Shown here: positions 37,144 through 46,863 of the stretch, in pieces
How the letters are laid out: the number at the start of each line of letters is the position of its first letter
Position numbering within the stretch: the stretch's first letter is position 1
IMG/VR virus record: IMGVR_UViG_3300032318_000380
Coordinates: 1 to 58,468 of that record
Length of the DNA stretch: 58,468 nucleotides
Source of the DNA: a virus
Lineage: Duplodnaviria; Caudoviricetes
Strand: one strand, 5' to 3'
Made by a program: the position numbers and the translations under genes
Notes under the pieces: model-generated
Database searches by the model: none
What the model saw: the letters and a program-made list of their open reading frames with translations, nothing else
Told to the model about the DNA's origin: nothing

Positions 37144-37824
37144 ATGGCAAAAGCACCAGTACAAGAAGAGAGCCTATCGCCCGAGGCAACCATCCTGCGC
37201 GCTATGAATGCAGTGATGGAAGAGGTGAATTACGTTCAGAAAAGGGGCGAAAACGACTTTCACGGATACAAGTATGCGACCGAGGCGGACGTCCTTGATC
37301 GCCTCCGTCCCGCAATGGTCAAGCACGGCCTGATCCTGATCCCCAGCGTTCAGCAGGTATCGTCCATTGATCAGCACGGCAACACCACAGTCAGCATCCA
37401 CTATACCCTTGCTCATATCAGCGGGGCCGTGTGGTCCACTCCCATCATCGCTGCCGGGTGTGGTAATGACCGCAGCAAGAGTGGTTTTGGCGACAAGGGT
37501 CTGTACAAGGCCTTGACGGGTGCCAACAAGTATTTGCTGTTTAAGCTGTTCCAGATTGAGACCGGGAATGACCCGGAGGAGAGCGCCGGGGACCGCAACC
37601 GTGAAGCCGCCAACAATGCAGCAAAGCAGTTCTACCTTGAGGGTGGCAAGATTGCCGTCAGCAAGGCTGAGACCGCCGCTGATTTGAGGGAATGGTGGAA
37701 GGGTGAGGAAGAGAACCGCCAGAATGCGGGGGTGATCAAGGGAACTGAAGAATATTCTGAACTGTACAATGCCTTCCTGTCGCGCGGGAATGAACTGGTA
37801 GCTAAGGAGAAGAAAAATGCCTGA
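37144..37824 (+). CDS. erf: ERF-family ssDNA-annealing protein
   Basis: 'K.G.N.FHGYKYA...DV....RPAMVKHGL...G.D....DKG.YKALTGA.KY.L.KLF.I..G.DPE'. Confidence 0.85.
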   Translation: MAKAPVQEESLSPEATILRAMNAVMEEVNYVQKRGENDFHGYKYATEADVLDRLRPAMVKHGLILIPSVQQVSSIDQHGNTTVSIHYTLAHISGAVWSTPIIAAGCGNDRSKSGFGDKGLYKALTGANKYLLFKLFQIETGNDPEESAGDRNREAANNAAKQFYLEGGKIAVSKAETAADLREWWKGEEENRQNAGVIKGTEEYSELYNAFLSRGNELVAKEKKNA

Positions 37825-38134
37825 GTATGATAACACCAACAGCGGCGCGCTTTTTACAAATGACCGCCGCACCAAGCCCACGCATCCCAACTTCAAGGGA
37901 AGCTGCACCATCAAGACCCCTGACGGAGAGCTTGTGGAGTATTGGGTGAGCGGCTGGGAGAAAAGCGGCAAGAAAGGTCCGTTTGTGTCTTTGGCTTTTG
38001 AGCAGAAAGAGAAGGGAGAGAAGCCCGTCTCCAGCGGCCAGTCTTCGTTCTTGAGTGGCGGCACAAAATCAGTGGAAACCGCCAAGCCCAGAAACCCAAT
38101 TCAAGAGAGCCTTGACGACGAAGTGCCGTTTTAA
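37817..38134 (+). CDS. Single-stranded DNA-binding protein (phage type)
   Basis: 'NSGALFTN...HPNFKG...YWVSGW...FVSL' with acidic DDEVPF tail. Confidence 0.75.
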   Translation: MPEYDNTNSGALFTNDRRTKPTHPNFKGSCTIKTPDGELVEYWVSGWEKSGKKGPFVSLAFEQKEKGEKPVSSGQSSFLSGGTKSVETAKPRNPIQESLDDEVPF

Positions 38135-38151
38135 TTTATAGAGGTTTATCA

Positions 38152-38400
38152 ATGACTTATCCAGACAATCCCGGTTCTGATAATGGTGATATTGCGTCCT
38201 TCTCCAATGATATTTGGGATGTCATGCACTACAAGACCGACAGGAAGGGGCGCACCAATTGGCTGAAGATTGGACGCGCTTGGGCGAAGCCTGAGGCAGA
38301 CAATATCACGATGAAGTTGTTTGCTCTTCCCATCCCGAACGCTGACGGCGAGGTCATCCTGAACCTTGTCTACAACGAAGGGCGGAAGCCTGTAACGTGA
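38152..38400 (+). CDS. Hypothetical protein (small beta-fold)
   Basis: 82 aa, GAGG SD; 'TNWLKIGRAW...KLFALP'. Confidence 0.6.
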   Translation: MTYPDNPGSDNGDIASFSNDIWDVMHYKTDRKGRTNWLKIGRAWAKPEADNITMKLFALPIPNADGEVILNLVYNEGRKPVT

Positions 38401-38735
38401 CCCGTCTGGTAACAGATGAAATGGTGGAGGAGGCGCTGAGGTATTTGGCGGCCTCCTCCGACCATATTGCATCCGCCAGAGCGATGAGGCTCAGGGCGGA
38501 GTTCAAGCGCAAGCGCGTCCGGGCCAAGCTGATCCTTGAAAGCAACCAGCCCTCAGCCGTAACCCGTGAGGCATGGGCGGAAGCACACTCGCTGTACCAT
38601 GAAGCCTGTGAGGAGGAGGTGCGCGCTGTTGAGGCGGACGAATACGCCCGCGCAGAGCGCAACAAGGCGGACACTATCATTGAGACCTACCGCACAGAGG
38701 AAGCCACCCGCCGTGCTGGGTCGCAGTTGCGCTGA
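38397..38735 (+). CDS. Helical conserved phage protein (possible recombination mediator)
   Basis: 112 aa coiled-coil 'REAWAEAH..Y...IETYRTEEA.RR' in recombination operon. Confidence 0.55.
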   Translation: MTRLVTDEMVEEALRYLAASSDHIASARAMRLRAEFKRKRVRAKLILESNQPSAVTREAWAEAHSLYHEACEEEVRAVEADEYARAERNKADTIIETYRTEEATRRAGSQLR

Positions 38736-39214
38736 TGTTTTCTGTTGATTTGACAGACCCGGAAATCATGTTTTGCAAAATGGCGGCGGGATTAAGAACT
38801 CTTACCGCACGGGCGGCCAAGGTAAGAGACGCCAAGATGGGCAATCTGTCGGGCTTGCAAATAGATGAAGATGGCCTTTTAGGTGAATATGCTTTTTGCA
38901 AGAAGATGAATATTTTCCCTGATCTTATTCCGGGGCCAAGAAGCGGGTCTTTTGACTGCATTTTCATGGGAAAGCGGATTGATGTCAAAACAACCCGTCA
39001 CCGAGATGGGCGGCTGCTTTCAACCCTCAAAAACAACGACGATGTTGATGTCTACGTTTTTGCAATTATAGACGGTAGCAAGATAATTTTCCCCGGCTAT
39101 GCACTAAAAAATGACTTGTGTTGTGACGAAAACAAAATTGAGTTGGGCCATGGCGTTGGCTACGGATTGACGCAAGACAGGCTCAGAAAATGGAAAAAAG
39201 AGTACTATGACTGA
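38735..39214 (+). CDS. PD-(D/E)XK-like nuclease
   Basis: 'GLLGEYAF...D....G..IDVKTT'; AT-rich. Confidence 0.55.
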   Translation: MFSVDLTDPEIMFCKMAAGLRTLTARAAKVRDAKMGNLSGLQIDEDGLLGEYAFCKKMNIFPDLIPGPRSGSFDCIFMGKRIDVKTTRHRDGRLLSTLKNNDDVDVYVFAIIDGSKIIFPGYALKNDLCCDENKIELGHGVGYGLTQDRLRKWKKEYYD

Positions 39215-39578
39215 AGACGTTGGCACCACCAAGCGCAAGGCTATGACGCCCCGGATGCGCCTCAAGGTCTGGGAGAGCCACAAGGGCATCTGCGCCCTGT
39301 GTGGCGGCAAGATTGATGGTGTGCGCGAGCGGTGGATCGTAGAACACCTGCGGGCCTTGGAACTTGGCGGAGAAGATACAGAGGCCAACATGGCACCTGC
39401 GCATGAGGCCTGCGCCATTGCCAAGACAATCGGGAAGCAGGGTGATCACTCTCGCGCCGCCAAGGCCAAGCGGGTGAAGAGCAAGCATCTGGGCATCAAG
39501 AAAAGCAAGAACCCCCTGCCGGGTGGCAAGGGGTCCAAGTGGAAAAAAAAGATCAGTGGCGGTGTAGAGCCGCGATAA
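39207..39578 (+). CDS. Small HNH endonuclease
   Basis: 'GICALCG...IVEHLRALELGGED...N...AHEAC...KT'. Confidence 0.8.
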   Translation: MTEDVGTTKRKAMTPRMRLKVWESHKGICALCGGKIDGVRERWIVEHLRALELGGEDTEANMAPAHEACAIAKTIGKQGDHSRAAKAKRVKSKHLGIKKSKNPLPGGKGSKWKKKISGGVEPR

Positions 39579-39582
39579 TTCT

Positions 39583-40704
39583 TTACAGATAGAGAATGTT
39601 TGCCGAACCAGCGGCAGTAAAGTTTCCAGAAACAGGCGAAAGCTGAACGCGATCCAAAACGCCAGACAGAGTTATTCTTCCGCCGCCAAACATTGAGTAA
39701 TTGGCGCTTTCAGCACCAAGGGTATGATCACATACCCATGTGTTCCCACTTATATTCGTGATCCTGATTGTTCCGGAAGCAATCAAGCTTCCTAGGTTCA
39801 CAAAAAACCCAACAGTTGAGTTTGCAGAGCCGCCATCTCCGCCGGAACCACTGTCTTGTTGAAAATTGCTTCCTGTACTCTGGTATCCAGTCGTTACAAC
39901 GCCTGAAGATGTCCCAAGGCGAACTAAGACGTCAGTGGAAGAGGCAGTACCCATTTGAGCAACAGAGATGGTGATCATCTTGGCTGTTGCAGGGATTGAG
40001 GTGAACGTAATGCTGGAGCCAGAAAAGGCCTGCGATGTCCCCTGAACCGGGACGCTTTGCCAAGATGGATTGGCGGCGGCCCCGTTTGTCCTCAGAAGCT
40101 GACCGTTTGTGCCAGCGGCCAACCTGACCCATGCAGACGCTCCGCGATACAGAAGGTCACCTTGCGCCTGACTGGGGATGGTGATCACAGAGCCATCTAC
40201 GTTGCTCCAGCTAGGTGTGGTGGTTGATCCGCCAGAGAGCAGAACCTGATTGGCGGAGCCGTAGTTCGCACCTGCAATGCCAATAGCGCCTGCTGAGTTA
40301 ATTTCAAAGCGGGAGGCCATGGTGTTTTCAGTAGTGCCGGGTGTGACGCTTGCGGGTGCAGTCTGAAAAATGATTTTGCCTGATCCGCCCGTCCCGGTTC
40401 CATTGATGGCGTCAATCGTCAGGTTGGGGCCAATGGCATTGGTGCCAGTGCGCTTTGCGCCGCGAATGGTAGGAGCCGTGACTGTGTTCGTGCCATCACC
40501 ACTGCCGAGGATCATCGTGCCGCCAGCGATGACGGTGCCGCCAGCGTTTAGGGTCTTGCCCGTGCCGACCTGAAGGCCAACAGATGTACCTGATCCATTG
40601 TCAGCAAATACGTTGTCAATGATGGTAAGGTCATTATTGAGCGTACTACCCCAGCCCGTGCTGACGTTAGGAGTGGGGAGGATCAATCCAGCAAGATTTG
40701 GCAT
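39583..40704 (-). CDS. Tail fibre-like protein
   Basis: 'WGSTLNNDLTIID' anchor-like N-terminus; fibre repeats 'GSANQVLLSGG...PSW', 'GTNGQLLRTNG...PSW'. Confidence 0.7.
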   Translation of the reverse strand: MPNLAGLILPTPNVSTGWGSTLNNDLTIIDNVFADNGSGTSVGLQVGTGKTLNAGGTVIAGGTMILGSGDGTNTVTAPTIRGAKRTGTNAIGPNLTIDAINGTGTGGSGKIIFQTAPASVTPGTTENTMASRFEINSAGAIGIAGANYGSANQVLLSGGSTTTPSWSNVDGSVITIPSQAQGDLLYRGASAWVRLAAGTNGQLLRTNGAAANPSWQSVPVQGTSQAFSGSSITFTSIPATAKMITISVAQMGTASSTDVLVRLGTSSGVVTTGYQSTGSNFQQDSGSGGDGGSANSTVGFFVNLGSLIASGTIRITNISGNTWVCDHTLGAESANYSMFGGGRITLSGVLDRVQLSPVSGNFTAAGSANILYL

Positions 40705-42410
40705 TATGTATTGCCCTTTGCAATGTTAAGAGCGGTTGCGATTGCGTCATCCGGCACAGATAGCATGGATGCGGTTTTTTCGGAAAGCAGGGTGCGGACC
40801 TTGCGGACTTCGGCGCTGATGGGGTTCTTGATCCTGCCGCCAGATTTGCGAGCTACACGACCGCCAGCATTCTCTGACACAGGCAAGCCGCCGCCCGGAA
40901 TGTCTATTTCGGTAGGGGTGGACTGCTGAACCGCTGCGCTTGACCCCAAAGCGGCGCGCGCTCTTGCTTCCGTCTTTGATATTGCGTCTCGCACTGCGGC
41001 TTTTTCTTGCGCGCTACGGCCAGCGAGAACGGTCTTGATGGCATTCTCAACGCCGCGCTGAGTGTAAACTTCCATGAATTTTCGCGCAAGATTTGAGCCA
41101 ATCAAAGGGACAATCGCACCAGTCACATCGCCCATTGCATAACCAAGGCTACCAAGAGCAATCTGCCCGAGACGGCTCCCTGCCCCATGAAGGGGGTTGA
41201 GAACGCCCTCGCGGGCCACGACCGATTGGAAAGCGGCCTTTTCCGCATCGCTCAATGTTTGGAAATTCTTCTTTCCGTAGCTCGCAAACTGGTTTCTTAG
41301 TCCGCTTTCTGGTCCTGATACATACCATTCGCCCCTGTCTTTCATCTTGCTTATGTCGCGCGCAATGATGCGGCGGCGGGCAAGCTCTTTTGCCTGCTTG
41401 ACAAGACTGTTTACTTCATTGGCGGGTAGTGTGCCATTGGTGATCAAAGCGCCGCGCTCGCGGACATCCTTGATTTTTTCAAGTATCTTGGAGGTGAACA
41501 ATTTTTCAGTCGCATCTAGAGTTGACCGCATGATGCCAGTGGCAATGCGCTCCATCTCATCAAGGTCCTGAAAGTCCATGCCTTGACCGGAAAACTTTGC
41601 AAACTCTTCACGCAGTCCAGCGGCCTTCGGGGCCAAATTTGGATTGATGCGAAACTGCGAGACATCGGTAATGGCGGCGTCCACCGCGTTGGCATCGTAT
41701 TTGATGCCAGCAGACCTCAGACGATTGTAGGTGTCGTTAACCCTGCGCTCTAGCTGGGCGTATGCCTTGTCACTCTTGCCGACATTCTTCAGCAACTCTT
41801 TAGTGCCAGCACCACCCCTGCCAGCCGCCAGCAGTGACGCGCCAATGCCCGCAGCCGCTTCAGCCACGGGGTTCCCACCAGACACATCCTTGGCGGCCTC
41901 CATGGATACACCCGGCAGCACAGCCATAGCACCCTTGCGGACAAGGCTTCCCGGCCCTGCTACTGCGGAAGGAACCATCTCAGCAGTCCGCCCAATATAC
42001 CGCCCAATGTCAGTCTGCGGCTTGTACTTCGGGCCAATAATGCTCTCTGCAAAAGCTCCGACATCTCCTGACGTTGGAAGCTGCGGCAGGCCGAGAGACT
42101 TAGCCCCCTCCTGAACCTCAGGCGAAAAACCAAGCTTTCCAGCGCCCCAAGACGCGCCCATGCCAGCAAGCTGCTGGACATCACCGGGAAGCCCGACAAT
42201 GCCCTGAATACCGCTCTGGATGCCCTGAGCCGTACTCATGCCGACATCGGCAAGCGTCTCACCCAAAGACCTTTCACGGCTAGTCTTTTCCGCCACATTG
42301 ACCGTCTGCGGGGCGGGAAATTTTGCCCGCATTGCAGCCTCTATGGCCTCCTTGGGTGTGCCAGCAGGGAATTTGGCAGTTCCGCCATCAGGTGTTTTGA
42401 CGGTGATCAT
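40704..42410 (-). CDS. Internal virion/DNA ejection protein
   Basis: 568 aa, Ala/Gly-rich helical, hydrophobic segments; follows large ejection gene; C-terminal RKSGGRI and IATALNIAK. Confidence 0.65.
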   Translation of the reverse strand: MITVKTPDGGTAKFPAGTPKEAIEAAMRAKFPAPQTVNVAEKTSRERSLGETLADVGMSTAQGIQSGIQGIVGLPGDVQQLAGMGASWGAGKLGFSPEVQEGAKSLGLPQLPTSGDVGAFAESIIGPKYKPQTDIGRYIGRTAEMVPSAVAGPGSLVRKGAMAVLPGVSMEAAKDVSGGNPVAEAAAGIGASLLAAGRGGAGTKELLKNVGKSDKAYAQLERRVNDTYNRLRSAGIKYDANAVDAAITDVSQFRINPNLAPKAAGLREEFAKFSGQGMDFQDLDEMERIATGIMRSTLDATEKLFTSKILEKIKDVRERGALITNGTLPANEVNSLVKQAKELARRRIIARDISKMKDRGEWYVSGPESGLRNQFASYGKKNFQTLSDAEKAAFQSVVAREGVLNPLHGAGSRLGQIALGSLGYAMGDVTGAIVPLIGSNLARKFMEVYTQRGVENAIKTVLAGRSAQEKAAVRDAISKTEARARAALGSSAAVQQSTPTEIDIPGGGLPVSENAGGRVARKSGGRIKNPISAEVRKVRTLLSEKTASMLSVPDDAIATALNIAKGNT

Positions 42411-45400
42411 TGTTCTTCCAACTTACCTGTTTCAGGATTGAAATTGTAAACGGGGCCAGAACCTTCGCCACTCTCAACTGGAGTTCCAGAAGCGAGCGCA
42501 ATGGCTTTATTCCTGCCGCGCTCAATAACATCGCGGTATTCTAAAATTGCATCCACAAAAGCTTCCCGCGATGTCGCAGTATCCATGCGCGTAATTGCTT
42601 GGGTTGCTGTCTGGCCTTCTGCGTTTGACAGAGCGCCCATGCCACGCAACTGCTGAATGGCAGTCAAGAACGCTCCACTTTTTGACTGGTTTACAAGGTT
42701 TTGGAAATCATACCCCGCCGTTCCGGGTACAACATTTGCGAGAGAAGAAAACCCTGTGCCGCGCTCTAGATACGGGCTTGAAATTATCTTGTCCAAAACA
42801 AGCAGAGCCTGATTTGCCGCCTCAACATCTGACGGAGCAGAAAGCTGTTGCTCTGTTTTGATTTTTCCTTCTGTGGTTCCAGAGCTAGTCTGCCTTGCCC
42901 GCTCAAACGGGCTAAGGAACTCAGCACCTTCTGGGGATTGAATATCTACAAACGTCCCATCATCGCGCGGGACGCCGTATCCAATCGTTCCATCAGGGCG
43001 TGTGTATGGAATTGGGGCAAAGCTTTTGGTGGCAGAACCACTGCCGACCTTTTTCCAGTCTTCAAGAGTTCCGGGGAAACCCTCTTCCTTGGCGGCTTTG
43101 TATTCCTCAATAAGCGCAGGAAGATCAGAAGTGCCAAAAATGTTCTTGGCCTTCTCTCCAAAGAACTGCTCAGGTGCCAACCGGGCTGCGGCTTGCTGAT
43201 CAGGCGGAAGTTGGGCGATTGCCTCATCCAACTGGCGCTGAAGCTCTTCCTGCTGTTGCTGTTCGCGGATTGCCTTGTCGCGCGCTGTCTCAGCAACCAT
43301 GCGAGTGGTCTGTCCAGTGTATTCCTGCTGGGCCAGTTCAGCGCGCTGCTTTTCTGCTTCCTGCTTCTGGGCAAGGGCGTTGTAATAGGTCTGCGTACCA
43401 ACCCGGCCAGCCTCACCAAGGTTGGACATAAAATTGGGCGAACGGCCCGCCATCAGGGCAAAGCTGGCGTTCAGCATTGCGGAACGGGCTTCTGGCGAAA
43501 GACGGCGGCCAATGATCTGCTCAACGATGCTGGGGTTGTTCTCGCTGGCAAATAGGTTCTTGAGGCTGAAGCCAGACTTAGGGGCCTCCGCCTCTACTTC
43601 GGCAGACATGGGCTGTGGTGCGCCGCCAAGGCCGCTGGCATCTGCAAACATGGGTTGGATGTTCTCTCCGCCGCCCATGGCGAAGTAATCGGACAGGCGG
43701 GTTCCATTGGCGTCCGCCGGATTGTAACGGCCACCGCTGGAGATGAACTTCTGAAGGCCACCCTTGCCGCCCAGATGAGCGACATTCACCATGCCCTCGC
43801 GGGTGACGGGGACGCCATTGATGGACTTGCCTTCCATTGACGCCAGACCAGTGCTGTCAATGAAGTTGTTAATGTCGCTGAAGTGCCAGTTTTCAGCCGC
43901 CTCCTGCATGTCAGGGTTCAGGCGGAAGTCTTCTGCTGTAGCCTCTGCCGGGATCACGCCCGCCCGCTTGGCGTCCGTAAGGCGGGCCTCACCAAACTGA
44001 GCGCGTCCCACGTAACCCTGCTTGTTGCGTGCGCCAAAGTTCCCGCCACTTTCACGCTGGAACAAGCGGTTGTAGCGCGGTTCATCAGGGGCAGGCGCTG
44101 CGGCCAGACCCTGCTCCTCAGCTTCGCGCATGGCGTCTTCCATGGTCGGCTCACCGCCAAACTGGTAGCCATTGCGTCCAGCAACGCCGCCAGCGGCAAA
44201 CTTGTAGCTGAAGTCCGTTGGCATGGCGGTCGTGTCAAGCTGGGGGTTTCCCATTTCATAGACAGATGGCAAGCCCATATACCCAGCAGCCGCCATATTG
44301 GCATCAGGGCCAAAGCCCAAGGCCTTCTTGGCCCGTCCAAATGCGCCTACCAGCCCCTCTGCCTGCTTAGAGGAAACAGGGACGATCTTCTCCCAGTCTT
44401 CGGACAGACCCTTGTCAATGTATTCGTCAGGCGGGCCGGGGATTTTGCTGCCGCCGCCACCAAGCTTGCCCTCTGGGATGTACCCGCGCGACCCGCTGTA
44501 GGGCATGGACGGCACACCACCATCTGTGGCATACCCATGGCGGCCAACTACACCGCCAGAATTGTAAAGGCTGGGCTTCTGGAACATGCCAGCTATGTTC
44601 GCCACGCCCTGCTTCTGCTGGTCGGTAAACGGCTGGGTCATTTCAGCCGCGCCAGCCAGACCAGCGTCAGCGGAAGGCGTTGCTGGACCCGGAATTTTGC
44701 TAGACGCCGCAGCCATCATCGGGTTCTGCGGGATAAAGCCAGAACCACCATAGGGCATGCCGCCATTCATGAAGCCCTGACGATCAGCATCTGGACCCAC
44801 AACACCGCCCATACTGGCTGCATCGTCCGTGGCATCCTTGTAATCAACGCGCTTGATGCCGCCGACCTCAGCCACTGATCCGGGCCTTACCTCTTCAACC
44901 TCTTGCGCCAAAAGGCCGATTTGCGTCTGAGGATTGCCCTTAAAGTTATAGCGATAGATGGTCTGACCATCGTTCAGCGCACCAACTGCCTCAATGTTTT
45001 CCTTGACCCTCGCATCTGACATCGGAAGCGCGCCAGCAATGTTAGCTGCGGCACCAATTCCGCCCAAAATCTGCGAGCCTACATTTGGACCCGGCGATCT
45101 TGTCGTGGATGTGCCGCCCGCTGTAGAGCCAAGGCCCTGTGCGATGTTGGCAAAGTACTGAGCGATCAGGAACGGATTGGACTTCTCTTGCAGGAACTGA
45201 TCATAGAGCGCCTGAAGCTGCGCCTGATTGGTGGCCTGCTCCTGCGCTCCTGCGGCCAATTGGGCCTGTGCGCCCTGTAGAGCGGATGTCTGCGCCGTAG
45301 TCCCCAGACCAGCAAGCTGGCCGCCCATGGCACCAAGGTTGGCAACCTGCTGGCCCGCAAGGCCCATGGCCTGCCCATAACCCTGATTGTAGATATTTGC

Positions 45401-45865
45401 CATGGACTGAGCGTGCGCCAGTTGCTGCTGACGAGCCATCTCCGCCTGAGCAATGCCGCCCCTGTCACCACCAAAAGCACCAGCCTGAATGGCCCCGCTC
45501 TTTAGGCCGGAACGCTGCTGGGCTGCGCTTTCTAGGAGGTTTGCCTGAGTGGCGTTTGCTACATCGCGCACATAGGGCGAGTAGAAGCGATCATATAGCT
45601 CAGGGGTGATGCCTCGCGCCGCCTCACGGGTATAGCCCGCACCCTCTTCAATGTAGGGCATAGCCATGCCCTGCGCTGACTGGATGTTAGCGATACCCTG
45701 TTGTTGTCCGGGTGTCAGGCCCGCAACAAGCTGACCCGTGTAGGGCGTGTATGGCTGCTGAATTGCCTCGCGCGCAAGGCCGAGGCTTTCATTGTACGCC
45801 TTGATGAACTCCGGGGGGAGCTTGAACGTGGATTTTGTCTTATTGCTGCCCTTGCCACCGCCCAC
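42407..45865 (-). CDS. Large DNA-ejection polyprotein with internal S74 autocleavage domain and lysozyme-like domain
   Basis: Q/A/G-rich N-part; SDARVKENI...IYRYNFKG...GLLAQEVE...VDY; RESGG...YVGRAQFG...AHLGG; C-term LRGMGALSNAEG. Confidence 0.75.
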   Translation of the reverse strand: MGGGKGSNKTKSTFKLPPEFIKAYNESLGLAREAIQQPYTPYTGQLVAGLTPGQQQGIANIQSAQGMAMPYIEEGAGYTREAARGITPELYDRFYSPYVRDVANATQANLLESAAQQRSGLKSGAIQAGAFGGDRGGIAQAEMARQQQLAHAQSMANIYNQGYGQAMGLAGQQVANLGAMGGQLAGLGTTAQTSALQGAQAQLAAGAQEQATNQAQLQALYDQFLQEKSNPFLIAQYFANIAQGLGSTAGGTSTTRSPGPNVGSQILGGIGAAANIAGALPMSDARVKENIEAVGALNDGQTIYRYNFKGNPQTQIGLLAQEVEEVRPGSVAEVGGIKRVDYKDATDDAASMGGVVGPDADRQGFMNGGMPYGGSGFIPQNPMMAAASSKIPGPATPSADAGLAGAAEMTQPFTDQQKQGVANIAGMFQKPSLYNSGGVVGRHGYATDGGVPSMPYSGSRGYIPEGKLGGGGSKIPGPPDEYIDKGLSEDWEKIVPVSSKQAEGLVGAFGRAKKALGFGPDANMAAAGYMGLPSVYEMGNPQLDTTAMPTDFSYKFAAGGVAGRNGYQFGGEPTMEDAMREAEEQGLAAAPAPDEPRYNRLFQRESGGNFGARNKQGYVGRAQFGEARLTDAKRAGVIPAEATAEDFRLNPDMQEAAENWHFSDINNFIDSTGLASMEGKSINGVPVTREGMVNVAHLGGKGGLQKFISSGGRYNPADANGTRLSDYFAMGGGENIQPMFADASGLGGAPQPMSAEVEAEAPKSGFSLKNLFASENNPSIVEQIIGRRLSPEARSAMLNASFALMAGRSPNFMSNLGEAGRVGTQTYYNALAQKQEAEKQRAELAQQEYTGQTTRMVAETARDKAIREQQQQEELQRQLDEAIAQLPPDQQAAARLAPEQFFGEKAKNIFGTSDLPALIEEYKAAKEEGFPGTLEDWKKVGSGSATKSFAPIPYTRPDGTIGYGVPRDDGTFVDIQSPEGAEFLSPFERARQTSSGTTEGKIKTEQQLSAPSDVEAANQALLVLDKIISSPYLERGTGFSSLANVVPGTAGYDFQNLVNQSKSGAFLTAIQQLRGMGALSNAEGQTATQAITRMDTATSREAFVDAILEYRDVIERGRNKAIALASGTPVESGEGSGPVYNFNPETGKLEEQ

Positions 45866-45876
45866 GGAAGCTCTCC

Positions 45877-46389
45877 TTAATTCACAATGTCCTGCTGGGG
45901 AACCTGTCCGGTTTTGACGCCATACAGGAAAAATGCCCCGGCAGGAGTGCCGAATTGACGTTCATAGAGCCGCGTCTTGGCGTCTGTCCGTGAATTGCTA
46001 AGAATGCCTATCATCAAGGGCAGCCCCAATTTTTCACTCGCCTGCTTCGCAAACTCTACCAACTTCCGCGCCCTCCCTCCCTTGGCTGCACGAAAATCAG
46101 GATGCACATAGACGAACATCTCCTCAAGAAAATGCGCGTCTGAATACCAATACTGCGAAACCCTCAATAATACCATACCCTCTATGCGGTTAACGGAGCC
46201 AATCACTCCAACAATGCCGCCATGTAAATACAAAGAGGAGCGAACGATGTCCCGCACCTTGTCTTCGCTCATTTTGAAGACGCCATTCTCATTGTTAAGA
46301 AGGCGGGCAAGTTCCATTATGCCATCTTCGTCAGCGGGCGTTGCAGTGCGAACGTGGATTTCTTCGGTCTCTGTCATGTTTCCCTCCAT
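45877..46389 (-). CDS. GNAT-family acetyltransferase
   Basis: 'VRTATPAD...FVYVHPDFRAAKGGRARKLV...RLYER'. Confidence 0.8.
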   Translation of the reverse strand: MEGNMTETEEIHVRTATPADEDGIMELARLLNNENGVFKMSEDKVRDIVRSSLYLHGGIVGVIGSVNRIEGMVLLRVSQYWYSDAHFLEEMFVYVHPDFRAAKGGRARKLVEFAKQASEKLGLPLMIGILSNSRTDAKTRLYERQFGTPAGAFFLYGVKTGQVPQQDIVN

Positions 46390-46391
46390 TG

Positions 46392-46862
46392 TTAATCTTT
46401 ACGCGGCGGAGGAAGCTTCTGGAGGGTTGCAATGGTGGTTGCCCTCTCAGATTTCACCCAATCGTCCAGCGCCTTGTGACCAGTGTCCAAGTCACCGCCA
46501 CCAAAACCCCTCACGGCATCAGGCGGAATAACGTACTCACCGCCAGCCGCCACAATGGCGACCGGATTGGCTTGATCCATTTCGTTAACATCACCGCCAG
46601 AAGCCATGCGCTGCTTGATCATGTAATCAATGATGTCAAAGCCATGCTCCGTGTTGCCCTCACCAATGGCGGAAATAATGTCCGCCGGGATGACATAGGA
46701 GCCAGATGGAACGTGCATTGGGAGATGGTCTGTCCGACCTGCAACAGGTGACTTGATTGCGCCTGTGTGAAGTTTTGTGGCCCCGCCAATCGGTGTGGCA
46801 GGCTGTGGCGTCTTCTTGGCTAGAGCCAGTGCCTTGGAGATGGTTTTGGAGCCTTTTTGCAT
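46392..46862 (-). CDS. Stand-alone internally duplicated G(E/S)YVIP-domain protein
   Basis: Two repeats: 'GSYVIPADIISAIGEGN...G' and 'GEYVIPPDAVRGFGGGD...G', separated by MASGGDV. Confidence 0.7.
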   Translation of the reverse strand: MQKGSKTISKALALAKKTPQPATPIGGATKLHTGAIKSPVAGRTDHLPMHVPSGSYVIPADIISAIGEGNTEHGFDIIDYMIKQRMASGGDVNEMDQANPVAIVAAGGEYVIPPDAVRGFGGGDLDTGHKALDDWVKSERATTIATLQKLPPPRKD

Positions 46863-46863
46863 G

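Noticed and set aside
26638-39582. Lysogeny module, tRNAs, DNA polymerase
   Set aside because: No integrase, CI-like peptidase-HTH, cloverleaf or polymerase motifs recognised by eye; tRNAscan and HMM searches would be needed to be certain
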